From: Schaalia odontolytica
GTDB taxonomy: Bacteria > Actinomycetota > Actinomycetes > Actinomycetales > Actinomycetaceae
NCBI RefSeq assembly: GCF_005696695.1
Contig: NZ_CP040006.1
Coordinates: forward strand, 1,980,001 to 2,012,000
Direction of reading: 5' to 3'
Length of the DNA: 32,000 bases
The notes below the pieces were generated by a model, which did no database searches, was not told where the DNA came from, and worked only from the letters and a program-made list of their open reading frames with translations. Below, one piece after another: positions 31,936-32,000 of this stretch; position 1 is the first letter of the stretch, and each line of letters starts with the position of its first letter. The translations under genes and the position numbers were made by a program.

Positions 31936-32000
31936 GTGATCGCCCCGATCTGAGCGCGGGCGCTCGCCCGGATGACCTGGGGTTGGAGGTGACGGGTCAG

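Larger units (their letters stand above)
30013..31940. other. Low-GC foreign block (candidate horizontally acquired segment or assembly chimera)
   Basis: Hand counts of three 60-nt lines inside the block give 43%, 38% and 33% G+C, against 65-68% in core lines. The transitions are abrupt, at about 30013 and 31935-31945. No integrase, transposase or clear terminal repeats are seen. Confidence 0.7.

Noticed and set aside
31878-32000. The minus-strand open frame ...LTRHLQPQVIRASARAQIGAITDGTGNVEVFQMDGVGISK* as the 3' end of a high-GC gene entering from beyond the window.
   Set aside because: Its last roughly 19 codons are low-GC and read as the HTH of the decayed XRE gene. The plus strand of 31940-32000 has equally good third-position bias. 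With only 60 nt of high-GC sequence, the coding strand cannot be decided.

Overview
High-GC actinobacterial chromosome segment that ends in a compositionally foreign mosaic. My hand counts on sample 60-nt lines give about 65-68% G+C. Gene order matches core loci of Mycobacterium and Corynebacterium, but the taxon cannot be proven from this window. No tools were run: all calls come from reading the sequence and the ORF track, and family names are from memory.

Left to right:
- (1) A roughly 770-bp structured non-coding stretch (272-1042). It holds a perfect 13-bp inverted repeat, a phased 20-bp repeat array and scattered GATTCCG motifs. A 59-aa ORF missed by the ORF track lies just upstream (92-271).
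- (2) A co-directional dipZ-sigK-rskA block on the minus strand. The dipZ reading frame is broken. A lipoprotein gene carrying nine tandem MDDGK repeats diverges from it. The shared intergenic region holds two facing copies of TGATCC-N15-(A/C)CGAAT.
- (3) A 5'-decayed sirtuin gene and tRNA-Ala(CGC).
- (4) The conserved actinobacterial block membrane protein-rimJ-moeA-galU / 5-formyl-THF cyclo-ligase / mscL, equivalent to M. tuberculosis Rv0996-Rv0992c plus mscL.
- (5) An AT-richer non-coding stretch between convergent genes with five phased ATCCGGAT palindromes.
- (6) A 73-aa ORF overlapping the end of a 1398-aa helicase-like protein of the DUF4011/SF1/REase-like/DUF3320 type. Its Walker A and B positions are visibly degenerate.
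- (7) An EamA transporter starting 15 nt after tRNA-Arg(CCT), then a tandem universal stress protein (USP).
- (8) An NlpC/P60 hydrolase behind a ydaO-type (c-di-AMP) riboswitch-like leader.
- (9) A DtxR/IdeR repressor, serC, an MFS transporter, an NCS2 purine permease and a csp-DUF3027 pair.
- (10) Two tandem paralogous TPM-domain/coiled-coil membrane proteins. The second has lower G+C in its 5' half and a decayed 3' end.
- (11) A roughly 1.9-kb low-GC block (about 33-43% by hand count). It carries an intact ltrA-like gene and a decayed XRE-family regulator, and its left junction cuts recognisable coding sequence.

The most interesting items are the SigK-type locus with its repeat lipoprotein and twin promoter motifs, the motif-dead helicase-like protein, the two phased repeat arrays, and the low-GC insertion next to the TPM paralogue pair.
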